Source: an uncultured virus (IMG/VR IMGVR_UViG_3300010001_000023)
Lineage: Duplodnaviria; Heunggongvirae; Uroviricota; Caudoviricetes
Strand: one strand, 5' to 3'
Length of the DNA: 64,000 nt
Virus record (IMG/VR): IMGVR_UViG_3300010001_000023
Span: 62,001 to 126,000 of that record
In this document: positions 9,293-19,704 of the stretch, piece after piece
How the letters are laid out: each line of letters opens with the position of its first letter
How positions within the stretch are numbered: the stretch's first letter is position 1
The notes under the pieces: generated by a model
What the model was told of the DNA's origin: nothing
Database searches by the model: none
Seen by the model: the letters and a program-made list of their open reading frames with translations, nothing else
Made by a program: the position numbers and the translations under genes

Positions 9293-10744
9293 TTATTTTT
9301 TAACGTATGGTCGAATAAAGTGACTTACTCCTGTATAGTTGTCAGTGCGTAGTTTACATGGAGTATCAGCTTCACCATCCCAATTTTGTTCTAATATCGT
9401 AAACGTATTCAAGTTAATATCTCCATAAACTAGACCAATATGACCGTATTTATTATCAAAATTACCCACTGTGAAAACAGCAATATCACCTTTTTGTGGA
9501 AGTGTATCTGGTTTGTTTTCAATTAACTTCCAACCAGTTGGCAATTGATTAAGGATAGCGTCTTTTGCGTTACCCCAAAATCTAAATTTACCTCCAGTAA
9601 GATCTAAACCATATTGTACTACAACATCCATACATTGATAACCATACACCAAATCTGGATCTATATACTTGCCTATATAAGAATCAAGCAACTTATACAT
9701 TTCTTGTTGAGTAGGAATATAAATTTTTTCTTTACTTGGTACTTTTTTTTTAGCAGGCGTAGTTTGTTTTAAATTAAGCACTTTACCTACAACAATTAAA
9801 TCTGATTTCAGATTGTTCCATGCTTTTAAATTAGCGACTGTAATATCATGATTTTTAGCAATCTTACTTAAAGTATCACCTTTTTTAACAACATACGTTG
9901 AAGGTTTAGTTGCTTCTTTTTTAACTTCTGTTAGATTTAATTCTATTCCAACTGGTAGGGGAGTATTCATAAGTTGTTTATTAAACTTTCTAATATCAGA
10001 AACATTAATACCATATTGTTTCTTGATTGATAATAAAGTATCGCCTTTTTTAGTCTTGATACTACTAGGTTTCTTTGTTTTTGTTTCAACCACTTTTTTC
10101 TTCTCTTTAGCTGTTTCGGTTTTCACTGAAATTTTTTTCTCAGTTACAATCTCTTTACCGTTAATCGCATCCGCAATGTCTTTACAGTAGGCATCAGTGT
10201 TTTTTTTGATGTAATCCATATCCTTAGAGCTTGTGATAAATCCTAATTCAACTAATCTATAATTTATTCCGTAGTCCTTAGCTAAGATAACATTTAATAG
10301 ATTATCTCTGCCATCAACTGTTCTTATTAACCCAACATGCTTCTTAATAGCAGATTGAATTCCTAGATCAATCTTATCAGCTTCTAATCCTTTACCAATG
10401 ATGACATGACCACCACTAGCTGAAGCACCTGCTGCATCTAAATGAAATTCAACAACAATATCATACTTCTGTTGAGCTACCCAATACATTCCATAATCTT
10501 TATGATTGTTTACAGCTTGCCCATACGCTGAATCACGGAAACAGTCCTGCTCCATTTTAGAACCACCATATAATGAAACTTTATGACCAGCTTCTTTTAA
10601 GTATTTAGATACTTTAGGAACAATATTTTCTCTAATAAAGTCACGTTCGTTTGTTCCATTACCTACTGCACCAGAGTCGTTGATCCATTTATTAGAATAA
10701 TAATCAAACCCCCGACCATGCCCAGCTATCAATAATATTTTCAT
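9293..10744 (-). CDS. Endolysin: Amidase_3 - LysM - LysM - CHAP
   Basis: KILLIAGHG, EFHLDAAG, RLVELGFITS; LysM repeats KKGDTLLSI and YVVKKGDTLSKIAK; CHAP motifs YGYQCMD, YGHIGLV, LEQNW. Confidence 0.92.
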   Translation of the reverse strand: MKILLIAGHGRGFDYYSNKWINDSGAVGNGTNERDFIRENIVPKVSKYLKEAGHKVSLYGGSKMEQDCFRDSAYGQAVNNHKDYGMYWVAQQKYDIVVEFHLDAAGASASGGHVIIGKGLEADKIDLGIQSAIKKHVGLIRTVDGRDNLLNVILAKDYGINYRLVELGFITSSKDMDYIKKNTDAYCKDIADAINGKEIVTEKKISVKTETAKEKKKVVETKTKKPSSIKTKKGDTLLSIKKQYGINVSDIRKFNKQLMNTPLPVGIELNLTEVKKEATKPSTYVVKKGDTLSKIAKNHDITVANLKAWNNLKSDLIVVGKVLNLKQTTPAKKKVPSKEKIYIPTQQEMYKLLDSYIGKYIDPDLVYGYQCMDVVVQYGLDLTGGKFRFWGNAKDAILNQLPTGWKLIENKPDTLPQKGDIAVFTVGNFDNKYGHIGLVYGDINLNTFTILEQNWDGEADTPCKLRTDNYTGVSHFIRPYVKK

Positions 10745-10745
10745 A

Positions 10746-11126
10746 TTACTCAACTTCCTCTGCATAAGATTTTGGCGGGATATTGTTATCTTTGTCTTCG
10801 TCAACTACATCAGGATTCTTAGTATTATCTACTTCAATATCGGACTTCTCCGTCACTTCTTCAGACCCTTCAAATTCCACTTCACCTTTATCTAATTGCT
10901 TTTTAAAGTTCTTTGCTTTGATACCATTTTCTGTAAATCCGTTATCCTTCCACCACGCCCAGAGTGCAGCGCCCACTGTAAAAATAATCGTCAGGCCATT
11001 TGTCATCTGCTCATCTGTAAACGGCAGAGGATTATGACCTGCCATCACCATAGTCTGATTAAATAACGCAACCGCTAAAACAATCGTCCGAATCCATGTG
11101 CCAGTTGAAATTTTTTCTTTGTTCAT
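10746..11126 (-). CDS. Holin (SPP1 family)
   Basis: GTWIRTIVLAVALFNQ...AALWAWWKDNGFT; immediately upstream of the endolysin. Confidence 0.9.
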   Translation of the reverse strand: MNKEKISTGTWIRTIVLAVALFNQTMVMAGHNPLPFTDEQMTNGLTIIFTVGAALWAWWKDNGFTENGIKAKNFKKQLDKGEVEFEGSEEVTEKSDIEVDNTKNPDVVDEDKDNNIPPKSYAEEVE

Positions 11127-11171
11127 TTTTCTTCCTCCTCAATTTAAATAGGACACCTCTTTGAGATGTCC

Positions 11172-11573
11172 CTAAAAGAATATTTGTGCGAATCCGAATG
11201 CCGCGACAATGATTGAGACAACGCCACCGATGATGGATGTAATGATGGTCGCATTGCCTTTCTGTTTTTCAGTGACTGAGTTCTTGACTTCTTCTAAATC
11301 TTCTCGTGTCTCTTGAACGTCCCGCTCATTATTGATGAGCCTTTCGTTAAACCCCTGCATGTTGGTGTTCAGATTGGACAGATGGCCGTTTGTCTCTTTT
11401 TGGCTCTCAAGCAACTGTGACGTTGTGCCGGTCAATGTCGTTACCAGTATTTTTAAATCGCTATGCAGACCGAAATGTCGGTTGTCCACTGTGTTGATTA
11501 AATCCCTGATCTCACCGTTGCATTTTTCCCACTCGTGTCGTGGCACATAGTAGTCATGACTTCTTTCTGTCAT
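11172..11573 (-). CDS. Coiled-coil protein with C-terminal TM helix (XhlA-like)
   Basis: Likely start MTERSHDY at 11573 after GGAGG; C-terminus IITSIIGGVVSIIVAAFGF. Confidence 0.65.
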   Translation of the reverse strand: MTERSHDYYVPRHEWEKCNGEIRDLINTVDNRHFGLHSDLKILVTTLTGTTSQLLESQKETNGHLSNLNTNMQGFNERLINNERDVQETREDLEEVKNSVTEKQKGNATIITSIIGGVVSIIVAAFGFAQIFF

Positions 11574-11973
11574 ATAATTCAGCACCTCCAAAAAACCCGA
11601 CCAACGCACAGACGGATGACAGCACGGCGAATTGTGCGGGCGACAGCCAGTTGATGGCATTAAAAAGTGGTGCACTTGTCATCAGAAAGTACATCACGGC
11701 ATTTGACGTGCCACCGATAAATAAAAATAGTGACGTCATATTATTCTTTTTAGGCAGCAACCAGCTTGATCCGATTAAAAACAGGCTCGTGACTGTTATC
11801 ATGGCTCCCCATGCCCATATGGGAAGTATGTTGTGTATTGCCTGATAAAACTCGCTGTCATTCAGCACTGATTCCTGTTCCCTTAACCAAAACAATCCAC
11901 GGGCTAAAGTAAACAGCCCCAATCCAAACAATAACGAGCTTGCCAGCATTTCTGATAAAGTCAGTTTCTTCAT
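11554..11973 (-). CDS. 4-TM membrane protein, lysis module
   Basis: Start MKKLTLSE after RBS AAAGGAG; four hydrophobic segments. Confidence 0.7.
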   Translation of the reverse strand: MKKLTLSEMLASSLLFGLGLFTLARGLFWLREQESVLNDSEFYQAIHNILPIWAWGAMITVTSLFLIGSSWLLPKKNNMTSLFLFIGGTSNAVMYFLMTSAPLFNAINWLSPAQFAVLSSVCALVGFFGGAELYDRKKS

Positions 11974-12027
11974 TCTCCACTCTCCTTTTTTATAATAAAA
12001 ACTCCTCACTGAGTGAGAGGTTGGAAA

Positions 12028-15000
12028 TTAAACCAATTTATAACGCTTTAGTTCTTGATAAATCATGTTCTTAATTTCACTGGCCGGATATGCTAAATCA
12101 GCAACTGCGGTATAAGGCAATCCTTGTATTTGTGCATAGACTACGAGTTTGTCAGGCGATGTTTTTGCGATACACCCAAATAAATCCTGCCCGCCTCTGA
12201 CTGGCAAATTAGGGTACTCATAAATCATCGTTGCTTTAGTTGGTGTCCCCGCGCAGATGATCGGTGGCACATCATCAAATTCCGACCGGAACGAAATCAA
12301 CACACTGCCGCTTAATTCGTCGTACCAACCGCGAATCGCAAACATGTTAAGTCCTGCATGATAATCTTTAGCAGCATAAGTACGCTGCACCACTTCTTCC
12401 ATCACATTTTCTTTTCGTGGCACTCCGAACATGCCATTGTTAGCATTATCAGACCCCATCACAAGGCCAGCAGGGGTAGCAACAATAACTGTACAACCGT
12501 TTGTATCCTCTTCTGGATACTGATGTCCTGCAATACCTAGTGAGGCAAGAACGCCGTCACGATAACCTTCAGGTTGCAACCACGTGGCACCGTCATCTGT
12601 TGACACATAAATACCACCACGTCGTCCATGACCTTCAGCAAAATAGAATCTATCGCCCCATCTATCGTAAGCAACGCCGTGCAGATGCGTCTCTGAATTT
12701 ATTGTTTCGCCATGCTGAACCAAGCTATCCCACACAACGTTAAAGGTATTGCCGCTGTCCGTACTGATCCATACGAATCGGCTGTCCACCCAGTTAGGCA
12801 CACTCGCCCCGTATTCGCAGAGGATAAACTTCTTGCCATCGCCGTCAAACGAAAACTGGAACAATGTGCCGTTTGCATGTTTCGCAACTTTATTTTCACT
12901 CCATGTTATGTTAGGTGTCCCCCATCCGATAGATTTACGCAGGTCTGTTGCAGTCATGGCTAAAACTTCGCCATCACTTGTCGGCATCAGTCTACTCATC
13001 CATCCATATTCCGTATGCTTCCAAGTGCGATTATGCTCTGTCCACGTCTTGCCGTTGTCAACGCTGTAACTGATGGCACCAAGTCCTGCTGTATATCCCC
13101 ACATCTTGTCATCAAAGTAATCAATAAAACGAGGCCCTGCAATACCGGGCGATTCTGTCGGTGTCATTGTCATATTGACTGCTTGCGGGAACATCGGCAT
13201 AGGTTCCGTATCAATCAATTCCGTAACGCCTTGTGCAATCAGATCAGTTCTGATTGATTTGTAGCCTACAAAAGTAGTTGCCATCTTACCTTTTTCAACC
13301 TGTACTTTTGGCTTTTGATTGGTTGACGATACGTATAGAAAGGCTAAACCGTCTATCGTTGCTTGGAACGTGTATTGTTTCAACGAACCGTTGAACACCA
13401 ATAATTCTTTGATGCTTTGTGTATTGCCAGTCGAAAAGTTCGGCATTGCCGTTCCTATCCCTAAAGTAAAACGGTCAGCTTTCAAAGGTTCATGGATTTT
13501 AATCGTGTAATACTCATTCGTTTTAATCGGGAACACTACTGTGTTAGCGTCAGGATTTGTGTTCATCAGAACAGCAGTCTGACCCAGTGTGCCGCCGACA
13601 ATCCACGGATAAAAGTTGCCGTCAAACAGATTGCGCTCTGAATCGACCATAATGCTGTCTAACGATGACGCGTTCGATTTAGGTAGTACACTTTGTGATA
13701 TAGTTCTTGCAGTTGTATATGCAGTAGGTGCCGTTCCCTCTTCGACTTGCAATCTTGGTTCTTTATTACCGCTAGATACATTGATAAAAGCATACCCGTC
13801 AATTGGAGATGTAAATGCACCTTCCTTCTGTATATCGTTGTAGATTAAAAACTTTGTCAACGCTGCGCCACCTGTTGATGGATCAAATGTAGTCGGGATG
13901 GACGTATGGACAGCTATCCTGTACGCATCACTCAATGATGGGTCATGTACTTTTACATAGTACGTTTTGTCTTTTGATACTTTCACAATAGCTGTACGTC
14001 TGGACGGGTCATTGTTAAATAAATAACCTGTGCTACCCTGTGCGCCACCAATATAATAAGGGTGGTAAGTACCATTAAATAAATTGATAGACGGGTCGAA
14101 TATGCTATCAAAGTTATTAATCGCACGTTCTGCTTTAGTGTCTGCCGTATTAGCAAGTGTCAACGCAGAACTTGCTTTAGTGTCTGCCGTATTAGCAAGT
14201 GTCAGCGCAGAACTTGCTTTGGTGTCTGCCGCCTTAGCTAATGTCATGTCTGGTTCAGGTATAAATTCTTTCGAGATAATTCTCGACGGTATATAAGTCG
14301 TGGCTGCTGTCCCTTCCTCAACCTGCAAACGAGGTTCACTTGCATTGTTTGAAACGTTGATAAACGCGTAGCCTGTCAAAGTTGATGTAAATGCACCTTC
14401 CTTTTGAATATCGTTGTAGATTAAAAAATTAGTGATTTTCGCACCATTTGTACTAGGTTCATACACGGTCGGTATTACTTCATTTAAACCTATTCTGTAA
14501 TTATTACTCAATGATGGGTCGTGTACTTTTACATAATACGTTTTGCCTTGTACCACTGGAATGATTGCTGTTCGCCTTTTATCATCGCCTTTAAACAAAT
14601 AACCACTTGTACCTGTTGTGCCACCCAAATAATATTTATGATATACACCATCAAATAAATTTCGTGTTTTTTCAAAGAATGTCGTTTTTTCGGGTTTAAT
14701 ACTACCATCAGTAATCACAGCATCCTTACCTTTTAATGATGCAATCCACTCCTGTTCCGTCCCCACAAAGCCGTTCGCCACTGCTGATTCATAGGCGGAT
14801 TTACCAGTATCACCTTTAACACCTTTAATAGCATTTAAATAATCATTGACCGTACCTGTGTTACCTTGTTGTAACCACACTTCATAAGCTGAATAACCCT
14901 CATCACCTTTTACTTTAAGTAACTCTAATTGTTCAGAGGTAAAATCTTCAAAGGTAAAAGCTTCACCTTTGAAACGATCTGGATTAGCTTCAATAACAGA

Positions 15001-15438
15001 TATAATCTTATCATCTAAAATTGCTATATCAACTATTTTTTCAATGATTTTATCTATTCCACTATCTCTAATCTCAAAATCAAAGTTAGACACATGGACA
15101 CTTTCTGTTCCATCTTCTGTCTCCAAGAATAGTTTTGCTCTAACTCTACCTACGTGGATAATAACTTCTTCTGAGATATTGTAAGTAATTTCTCCATTAA
15201 AACCGTCTGTCACTTCAACAGGTACTTTTGTAAAAATCGAACCGTCTGCACAAAATAGATTTAATATAGGTTTCATAGTAGTAGAAGTTAAATCAAAAGG
15301 GATACCGTTTTTTGTGATACGAATGATGATACTTGCTGTATTTTTATCCTTAGAATAAAATACGGATTTTATATCACCTATATTCACGTTTTGATCGTCA
15401 ATATTTGCAGTAACTCTAGCTATTTTGTAATTTGTCAT
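12028..15438 (-). CDS. BppU-family baseplate/receptor-binding protein with three carbohydrate-binding-like repeats and a C-terminal BNR/sialidase-like propeller
   Basis: N-terminal FYSKDKNTASI...HVGRVRAKLFL BppU-like domain; repeats NLFDG...EPRLQVEEG; Asp-boxes SVDNGKTW, STDSGNTF, STDDGATW. Confidence 0.75.
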   Translation of the reverse strand: MTNYKIARVTANIDDQNVNIGDIKSVFYSKDKNTASIIIRITKNGIPFDLTSTTMKPILNLFCADGSIFTKVPVEVTDGFNGEITYNISEEVIIHVGRVRAKLFLETEDGTESVHVSNFDFEIRDSGIDKIIEKIVDIAILDDKIISVIEANPDRFKGEAFTFEDFTSEQLELLKVKGDEGYSAYEVWLQQGNTGTVNDYLNAIKGVKGDTGKSAYESAVANGFVGTEQEWIASLKGKDAVITDGSIKPEKTTFFEKTRNLFDGVYHKYYLGGTTGTSGYLFKGDDKRRTAIIPVVQGKTYYVKVHDPSLSNNYRIGLNEVIPTVYEPSTNGAKITNFLIYNDIQKEGAFTSTLTGYAFINVSNNASEPRLQVEEGTAATTYIPSRIISKEFIPEPDMTLAKAADTKASSALTLANTADTKASSALTLANTADTKAERAINNFDSIFDPSINLFNGTYHPYYIGGAQGSTGYLFNNDPSRRTAIVKVSKDKTYYVKVHDPSLSDAYRIAVHTSIPTTFDPSTGGAALTKFLIYNDIQKEGAFTSPIDGYAFINVSSGNKEPRLQVEEGTAPTAYTTARTISQSVLPKSNASSLDSIMVDSERNLFDGNFYPWIVGGTLGQTAVLMNTNPDANTVVFPIKTNEYYTIKIHEPLKADRFTLGIGTAMPNFSTGNTQSIKELLVFNGSLKQYTFQATIDGLAFLYVSSTNQKPKVQVEKGKMATTFVGYKSIRTDLIAQGVTELIDTEPMPMFPQAVNMTMTPTESPGIAGPRFIDYFDDKMWGYTAGLGAISYSVDNGKTWTEHNRTWKHTEYGWMSRLMPTSDGEVLAMTATDLRKSIGWGTPNITWSENKVAKHANGTLFQFSFDGDGKKFILCEYGASVPNWVDSRFVWISTDSGNTFNVVWDSLVQHGETINSETHLHGVAYDRWGDRFYFAEGHGRRGGIYVSTDDGATWLQPEGYRDGVLASLGIAGHQYPEEDTNGCTVIVATPAGLVMGSDNANNGMFGVPRKENVMEEVVQRTYAAKDYHAGLNMFAIRGWYDELSGSVLISFRSEFDDVPPIICAGTPTKATMIYEYPNLPVRGGQDLFGCIAKTSPDKLVVYAQIQGLPYTAVADLAYPASEIKNMIYQELKRYKLV
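14131..14231. repeat. 42-bp tandem repeat, about 2.4 copies (ADTKASSALTLANT)
   Basis: Units start at 14131, 14173 and 14215 and are nearly identical. Confidence 0.9.
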
Positions 15439-15517
15439 ATTTCTTTAAATCCTCCTCAAATTGTTTTTAAACAAAAACAAAAGAAAGTGAATAAACACTC
15501 TCTTTTATGTATAAATA

Positions 15518-18500
15518 TTAACTTTGCCATGTAGCAGTTGAAGTTCCACCTTTGTTCAACCAAATTTTATATGTTGTCGTAGATGTTGTACCTCCATTAG
15601 CTCTATGGAACAAGCCTTTGGTAGAATCAGATGCACCGTAAGTTACTCCATTAAAGTCATAGCCATATCTACCATTAGCATCTGTAGTAAATGTAATATC
15701 TTTGACTACAGGGTTAGGGTTCAAATAACTACCGCCAAGCATTGTGACTAACGTTGAAGCTGTCGCAACAGTGTCAGAAGCTTTTACTCGAATTGTGTAC
15801 TGAGTATTAGGCTCAAGTGTGAAGAATCCCCAACGTGATTGACCTGCTTCTGCTGTAATCGTAACAGTGTCCGTTCCACCTTTTACATTAAGTGCAAAGG
15901 CTTCGCTGTGACTTATTGTATATGTACTATTCATCACTAACTTACTTGCTGACCCACCAGCCTGTGGAATTGTTTTATCTGTAAAATCAAATGTCGTTGT
16001 ATCCCATAAATTCGTTCCTGTTCCAGCAGTTACGACCTGAATGGTTACTGTTGTTCCAGTGGAAACATTGTTAGCTGAATCCTTAGCTTTTACAGTAATA
16101 GTCTCTCCAGCAACAAGGTTACTCGCAATAATACTCCAAGCACCCGAACTGTTTGCTGTTGTCGTACCTGTGAAACCACCTGTTAAAGTAATTGTACTAT
16201 TTTCTTCTGCTGTACCAGAAATAGTTGTGCTATTGGTATAAACAGGGTTAACCGTTGGTGCGTTAGGTGGTGTTGTATCTGTTGGAATCGTTGTACCCGT
16301 TCCACCATTCGTTAAAAGATATTCTAGCAGAGGTGTTTGATAATAAATATCTAATGCTTCATCTGTTCTTGATTTAACTTTGGTCGCTTTAGATGTTGAA
16401 GCAATTGTGAATTTACCTCGTTGTACCATCATATTCTCAATAACAGATAGTTTATCCCCTGTACCAAAATCAAGTTCAATTGTAGAAGATTTTTCTGATC
16501 TAAAAATGTTATCTTTCATAATCGAGTTCTGAAGTAACAATTTAGACACTTTAGATTCATTAGCACTGTAAGAAAATACATTGTTGATAAATGTAAACTG
16601 TCGTCTATTTTTATATTGGACAAGAGAATCTAAGAATGAATTTCGCTCAAAGTGAACTCTATGCAATCCATATTGTCCAACAGGTACATCATTGTAAGTC
16701 TGTGTGCCATCATAGTTTGTCCATAAATCACACTTCTCAAAGTTATTCCCAATAAAATTAGTAGTCGCATTTGCAGGTTCACCATTAATAACACCTGTTT
16801 GTTCATTGACTAATCCAGCACCAAATGGAATAACTTTAGCATAACTTCCATCATTCATTAACCCTCTGAAGTCGTTACCAATAAAATCGCATCCTCGCAG
16901 AGAAGAGTTGATCATATAATAGTTGCCTGATACAGTAGGGCAGGTTTTAAACACATTATTTTCAAATGTTAAAAATTTAGTGAGCATAGTAGAAGTATTC
17001 GCTACATTACCGCCAGCATTATTATAGAAGAAACATTGTCTAATCTTAGCATGTCCATTCCACTTATCTGCTCTCCATTGAGAAGCTGTATTATTATCAC
17101 CAGCAATTTCACTGAAATGTGGTTCAATATCTAATCCCATAGCAGGAGAATAATAAAGTTGTTGGTTTAGACTATTCTTTAATGTACCAGCATTTGTGAA
17201 TTCAGAACGTGTTATTTCAAAGTTAGTACCACCAATCATCGCAAATGATAAACGACCTCCACCTGAGAATACACATTCATCAAATGAGAAGAAATCTGAG
17301 TGTGTTGCTTTATAAGTAGAGTAATTCATAGAAGAGTTAATATTTACACAGTCAACAGCAGCGTTTAAGAATTTAGAACGTTTAACTTCAAAGAACTTAC
17401 AACCACTAAATTCAATCATGTGCCCGACAGTTTCAGCTAAAGTCTTCCCATTATATTTAATATTTGCATTAGCTGATTGTGTCCCAATGGTAGGAAATGT
17501 GATTTTATGACCTTCGCCATCTACTACTAATCCCTCAATGTATAGATTTTCACATCCAACAAATTTAAATAAGTTTAAATGACAGTTCTTTGATCTGTAA
17601 TAATCACCAACAAGATAATCAAATCCACGTTCAAAGCCAGCTCTTGGCATTGAAACGAACTTAACACCACTACCAAAGATACGATGATTTTTACCAGTCC
17701 ATATAATATCATCAGCAGAGCCAGCTAATGTGTTTTGTTCATTGTTCACCTGTCTGACGCGTTGTGAACGAATTTCACCAATTTTTAATGAAGGATTAAT
17801 CTTATAGTCACAACCTGTGTTTGTATTAAAATGATTAGCCCATGCTTTAATTGCATCATAATTATCAAACGAAGCATTTTCAGGGAGTGAAGTATCTTTT
17901 AATCCAAACTTTGCTACCACATCGACATAAGAAAGAACATTTACAGGGGTAGTTGTACCATTTCCTCCTGTATTCAATCCATTAATCTTAGCTTCTACAG
18001 TTGTACCATCTGCCATTGTTACCTGTGCTGCTGTATGTGTATGGTTTGTATTAGATTTATCATCTAATGAGCTTTGTAGATTAGTAATATCGCTAATTGT
18101 ATGTGTATGACCTAATTTAGAATAAGTGATATCATGGTTATGAGTCTTATCAGATTTGGCATCTAAAGCAGTTTGAAGTCCTGTAATTTCACTTAGAACA
18201 TGCGTATGTCCAATTTTGCTATATACAGTATCATGGTTGTGTGTACTAGACGCTTTACCATCTAAACTTGTCTGAAGATCAGACACATCTGAGATAGTAT
18301 GTGTATGTGTTTTATTAGCTTTTTTAGCCATTTCAGTAGCAAAATCTGTAATCTGAGAAGTTGCATGTGTATGTGTTGCACTAGCTTTTTCATCAAGTGT
18401 ATTTTGCAAATTTGTTATTTGAGCAATCGTATGTGTATGAGAAGAAGGTGCTTTGTTATTTAATGCAGACTGTAAGCCTGTTGTATCAGCAATGGTATGT

Positions 18501-19621
18501 GTATGACTCTTAGGTGCATATTTAGTATCAGCATCAATAGTTTTTTGATAAGTTGTTAAATCGACTGATTCTCCAGCTTGAACTGTAGATAATTTATTGT
18601 CGATCTCAGACCTAGTGTAAGTTCCAACTTCAGAAGCAGTGTGAGTGTGTTCTAACTTACTATATAAATCATCATGTTTATGACCTGTATCTGCTTTGTT
18701 ATTCCAATTCACTTTATCAGCTAAAGTAATATGAATATCATTATTTAAGAGGTGACTATCTAACCCCATAATATCTGAAATGGCATGAGTATGAGACTTT
18801 GTTGCATATAATACATCAGCATCTTTTTTCAAGACGTATTTAGCAAATTCAACTGTATTGTCTAAACGATAAGATGTTTTGACATCATTAATAACTAAAT
18901 ATCCATCAACCACAGAAACCTTGTCACCAGAACCAATATCAGCACCTTTAATCCAACTAGAGACACCTGATTTACGGACATACAACACTGTTCCAACTAA
19001 GTAGGTACTTGGTGTCGTTCCTACTGGTAATTCCGATATAGTTGAAACCACGCCATCAATTTGTAATCCTTTTCCTTTTAAACTATCTATCCATTCTTGT
19101 TCTGTTCCTTTAAATCCATTTTTAACAGCAATAGCATAGGCTGATTCACCTTTAATATCACTGTTGTTTTGAATAAACGTGTTTAACTTTGTCTGTAGTT
19201 GAGTATTAATATTGCTTAATACACGATTTTCAATTGTCTTTATTGTATCTAAATTAACAGCATTTTGGGGAACAACATCTGCTGATCGGGTTATTTCAAT
19301 TTTATGAGACTTATCAGATGGAAATTTTTTATTATTAAACTCAATTTCAATATAATAGCTTCCCACAGGTAAAACATTTGAGATAACAAAAACTAATTTT
19401 GAACTTTTAACCTTGCATGTACTAGAGTAAATAACTCGATTATATTTATCAGACAAATAAACTTCTGCATCTCCACTTGTTGAGTTGCCTAATAATGAAA
19501 AAGGATTATGTGTTTGTAATAGCTGAATGGCAATTGGAGAACGATCCCCTTGCTTTATCTTAATCGCTTTGTCTTCCTTAAAATTAACAAATATAATATT
19601 GTTAATACTTTTCATAGCCAT
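15518..19621 (-). CDS. Tail fibre/spike with His-rich repeats, a beta-helix (pectin-lyase-like) region and an Ig-like domain
   Basis: Repeated HTHTIxDITxLQxxLDxKA units; Asn/Phe-ladder central region; DTTPPNAPTVNPV...AKDSANNVS Big domain. Confidence 0.75.
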   Translation of the reverse strand: MAMKSINNIIFVNFKEDKAIKIKQGDRSPIAIQLLQTHNPFSLLGNSTSGDAEVYLSDKYNRVIYSSTCKVKSSKLVFVISNVLPVGSYYIEIEFNNKKFPSDKSHKIEITRSADVVPQNAVNLDTIKTIENRVLSNINTQLQTKLNTFIQNNSDIKGESAYAIAVKNGFKGTEQEWIDSLKGKGLQIDGVVSTISELPVGTTPSTYLVGTVLYVRKSGVSSWIKGADIGSGDKVSVVDGYLVINDVKTSYRLDNTVEFAKYVLKKDADVLYATKSHTHAISDIMGLDSHLLNNDIHITLADKVNWNNKADTGHKHDDLYSKLEHTHTASEVGTYTRSEIDNKLSTVQAGESVDLTTYQKTIDADTKYAPKSHTHTIADTTGLQSALNNKAPSSHTHTIAQITNLQNTLDEKASATHTHATSQITDFATEMAKKANKTHTHTISDVSDLQTSLDGKASSTHNHDTVYSKIGHTHVLSEITGLQTALDAKSDKTHNHDITYSKLGHTHTISDITNLQSSLDDKSNTNHTHTAAQVTMADGTTVEAKINGLNTGGNGTTTPVNVLSYVDVVAKFGLKDTSLPENASFDNYDAIKAWANHFNTNTGCDYKINPSLKIGEIRSQRVRQVNNEQNTLAGSADDIIWTGKNHRIFGSGVKFVSMPRAGFERGFDYLVGDYYRSKNCHLNLFKFVGCENLYIEGLVVDGEGHKITFPTIGTQSANANIKYNGKTLAETVGHMIEFSGCKFFEVKRSKFLNAAVDCVNINSSMNYSTYKATHSDFFSFDECVFSGGGRLSFAMIGGTNFEITRSEFTNAGTLKNSLNQQLYYSPAMGLDIEPHFSEIAGDNNTASQWRADKWNGHAKIRQCFFYNNAGGNVANTSTMLTKFLTFENNVFKTCPTVSGNYYMINSSLRGCDFIGNDFRGLMNDGSYAKVIPFGAGLVNEQTGVINGEPANATTNFIGNNFEKCDLWTNYDGTQTYNDVPVGQYGLHRVHFERNSFLDSLVQYKNRRQFTFINNVFSYSANESKVSKLLLQNSIMKDNIFRSEKSSTIELDFGTGDKLSVIENMMVQRGKFTIASTSKATKVKSRTDEALDIYYQTPLLEYLLTNGGTGTTIPTDTTPPNAPTVNPVYTNSTTISGTAEENSTITLTGGFTGTTTANSSGAWSIIASNLVAGETITVKAKDSANNVSTGTTVTIQVVTAGTGTNLWDTTTFDFTDKTIPQAGGSASKLVMNSTYTISHSEAFALNVKGGTDTVTITAEAGQSRWGFFTLEPNTQYTIRVKASDTVATASTLVTMLGGSYLNPNPVVKDITFTTDANGRYGYDFNGVTYGASDSTKGLFHRANGGTTSTTTYKIWLNKGGTSTATWQS

Positions 19622-19642
19622 CTTTTCAACTCCATTAATTGA

Positions 19643-19677
19643 AAAAGTCAGTTAGACATATATCTAACCGACTTTTA
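19643..19677 (-). terminator. Rho-independent terminator
   Basis: AAAAGTCAGTTAGA-CATATA-TCTAACCGACTTTT. Confidence 0.65.
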
Positions 19678-19704
19678 TATATTTTATTTTTTATGTTAAT
19701 GTTT

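Noticed and set aside
14131..14231. Tandem repeat as a CRISPR array
   Set aside because: No spacers; it is an in-frame coding repeat
11332..14296. Numerous + strand ORFs over the lysis and baseplate genes
   Set aside because: Antisense shadows favoured by the higher GC content; no RBS or motifs
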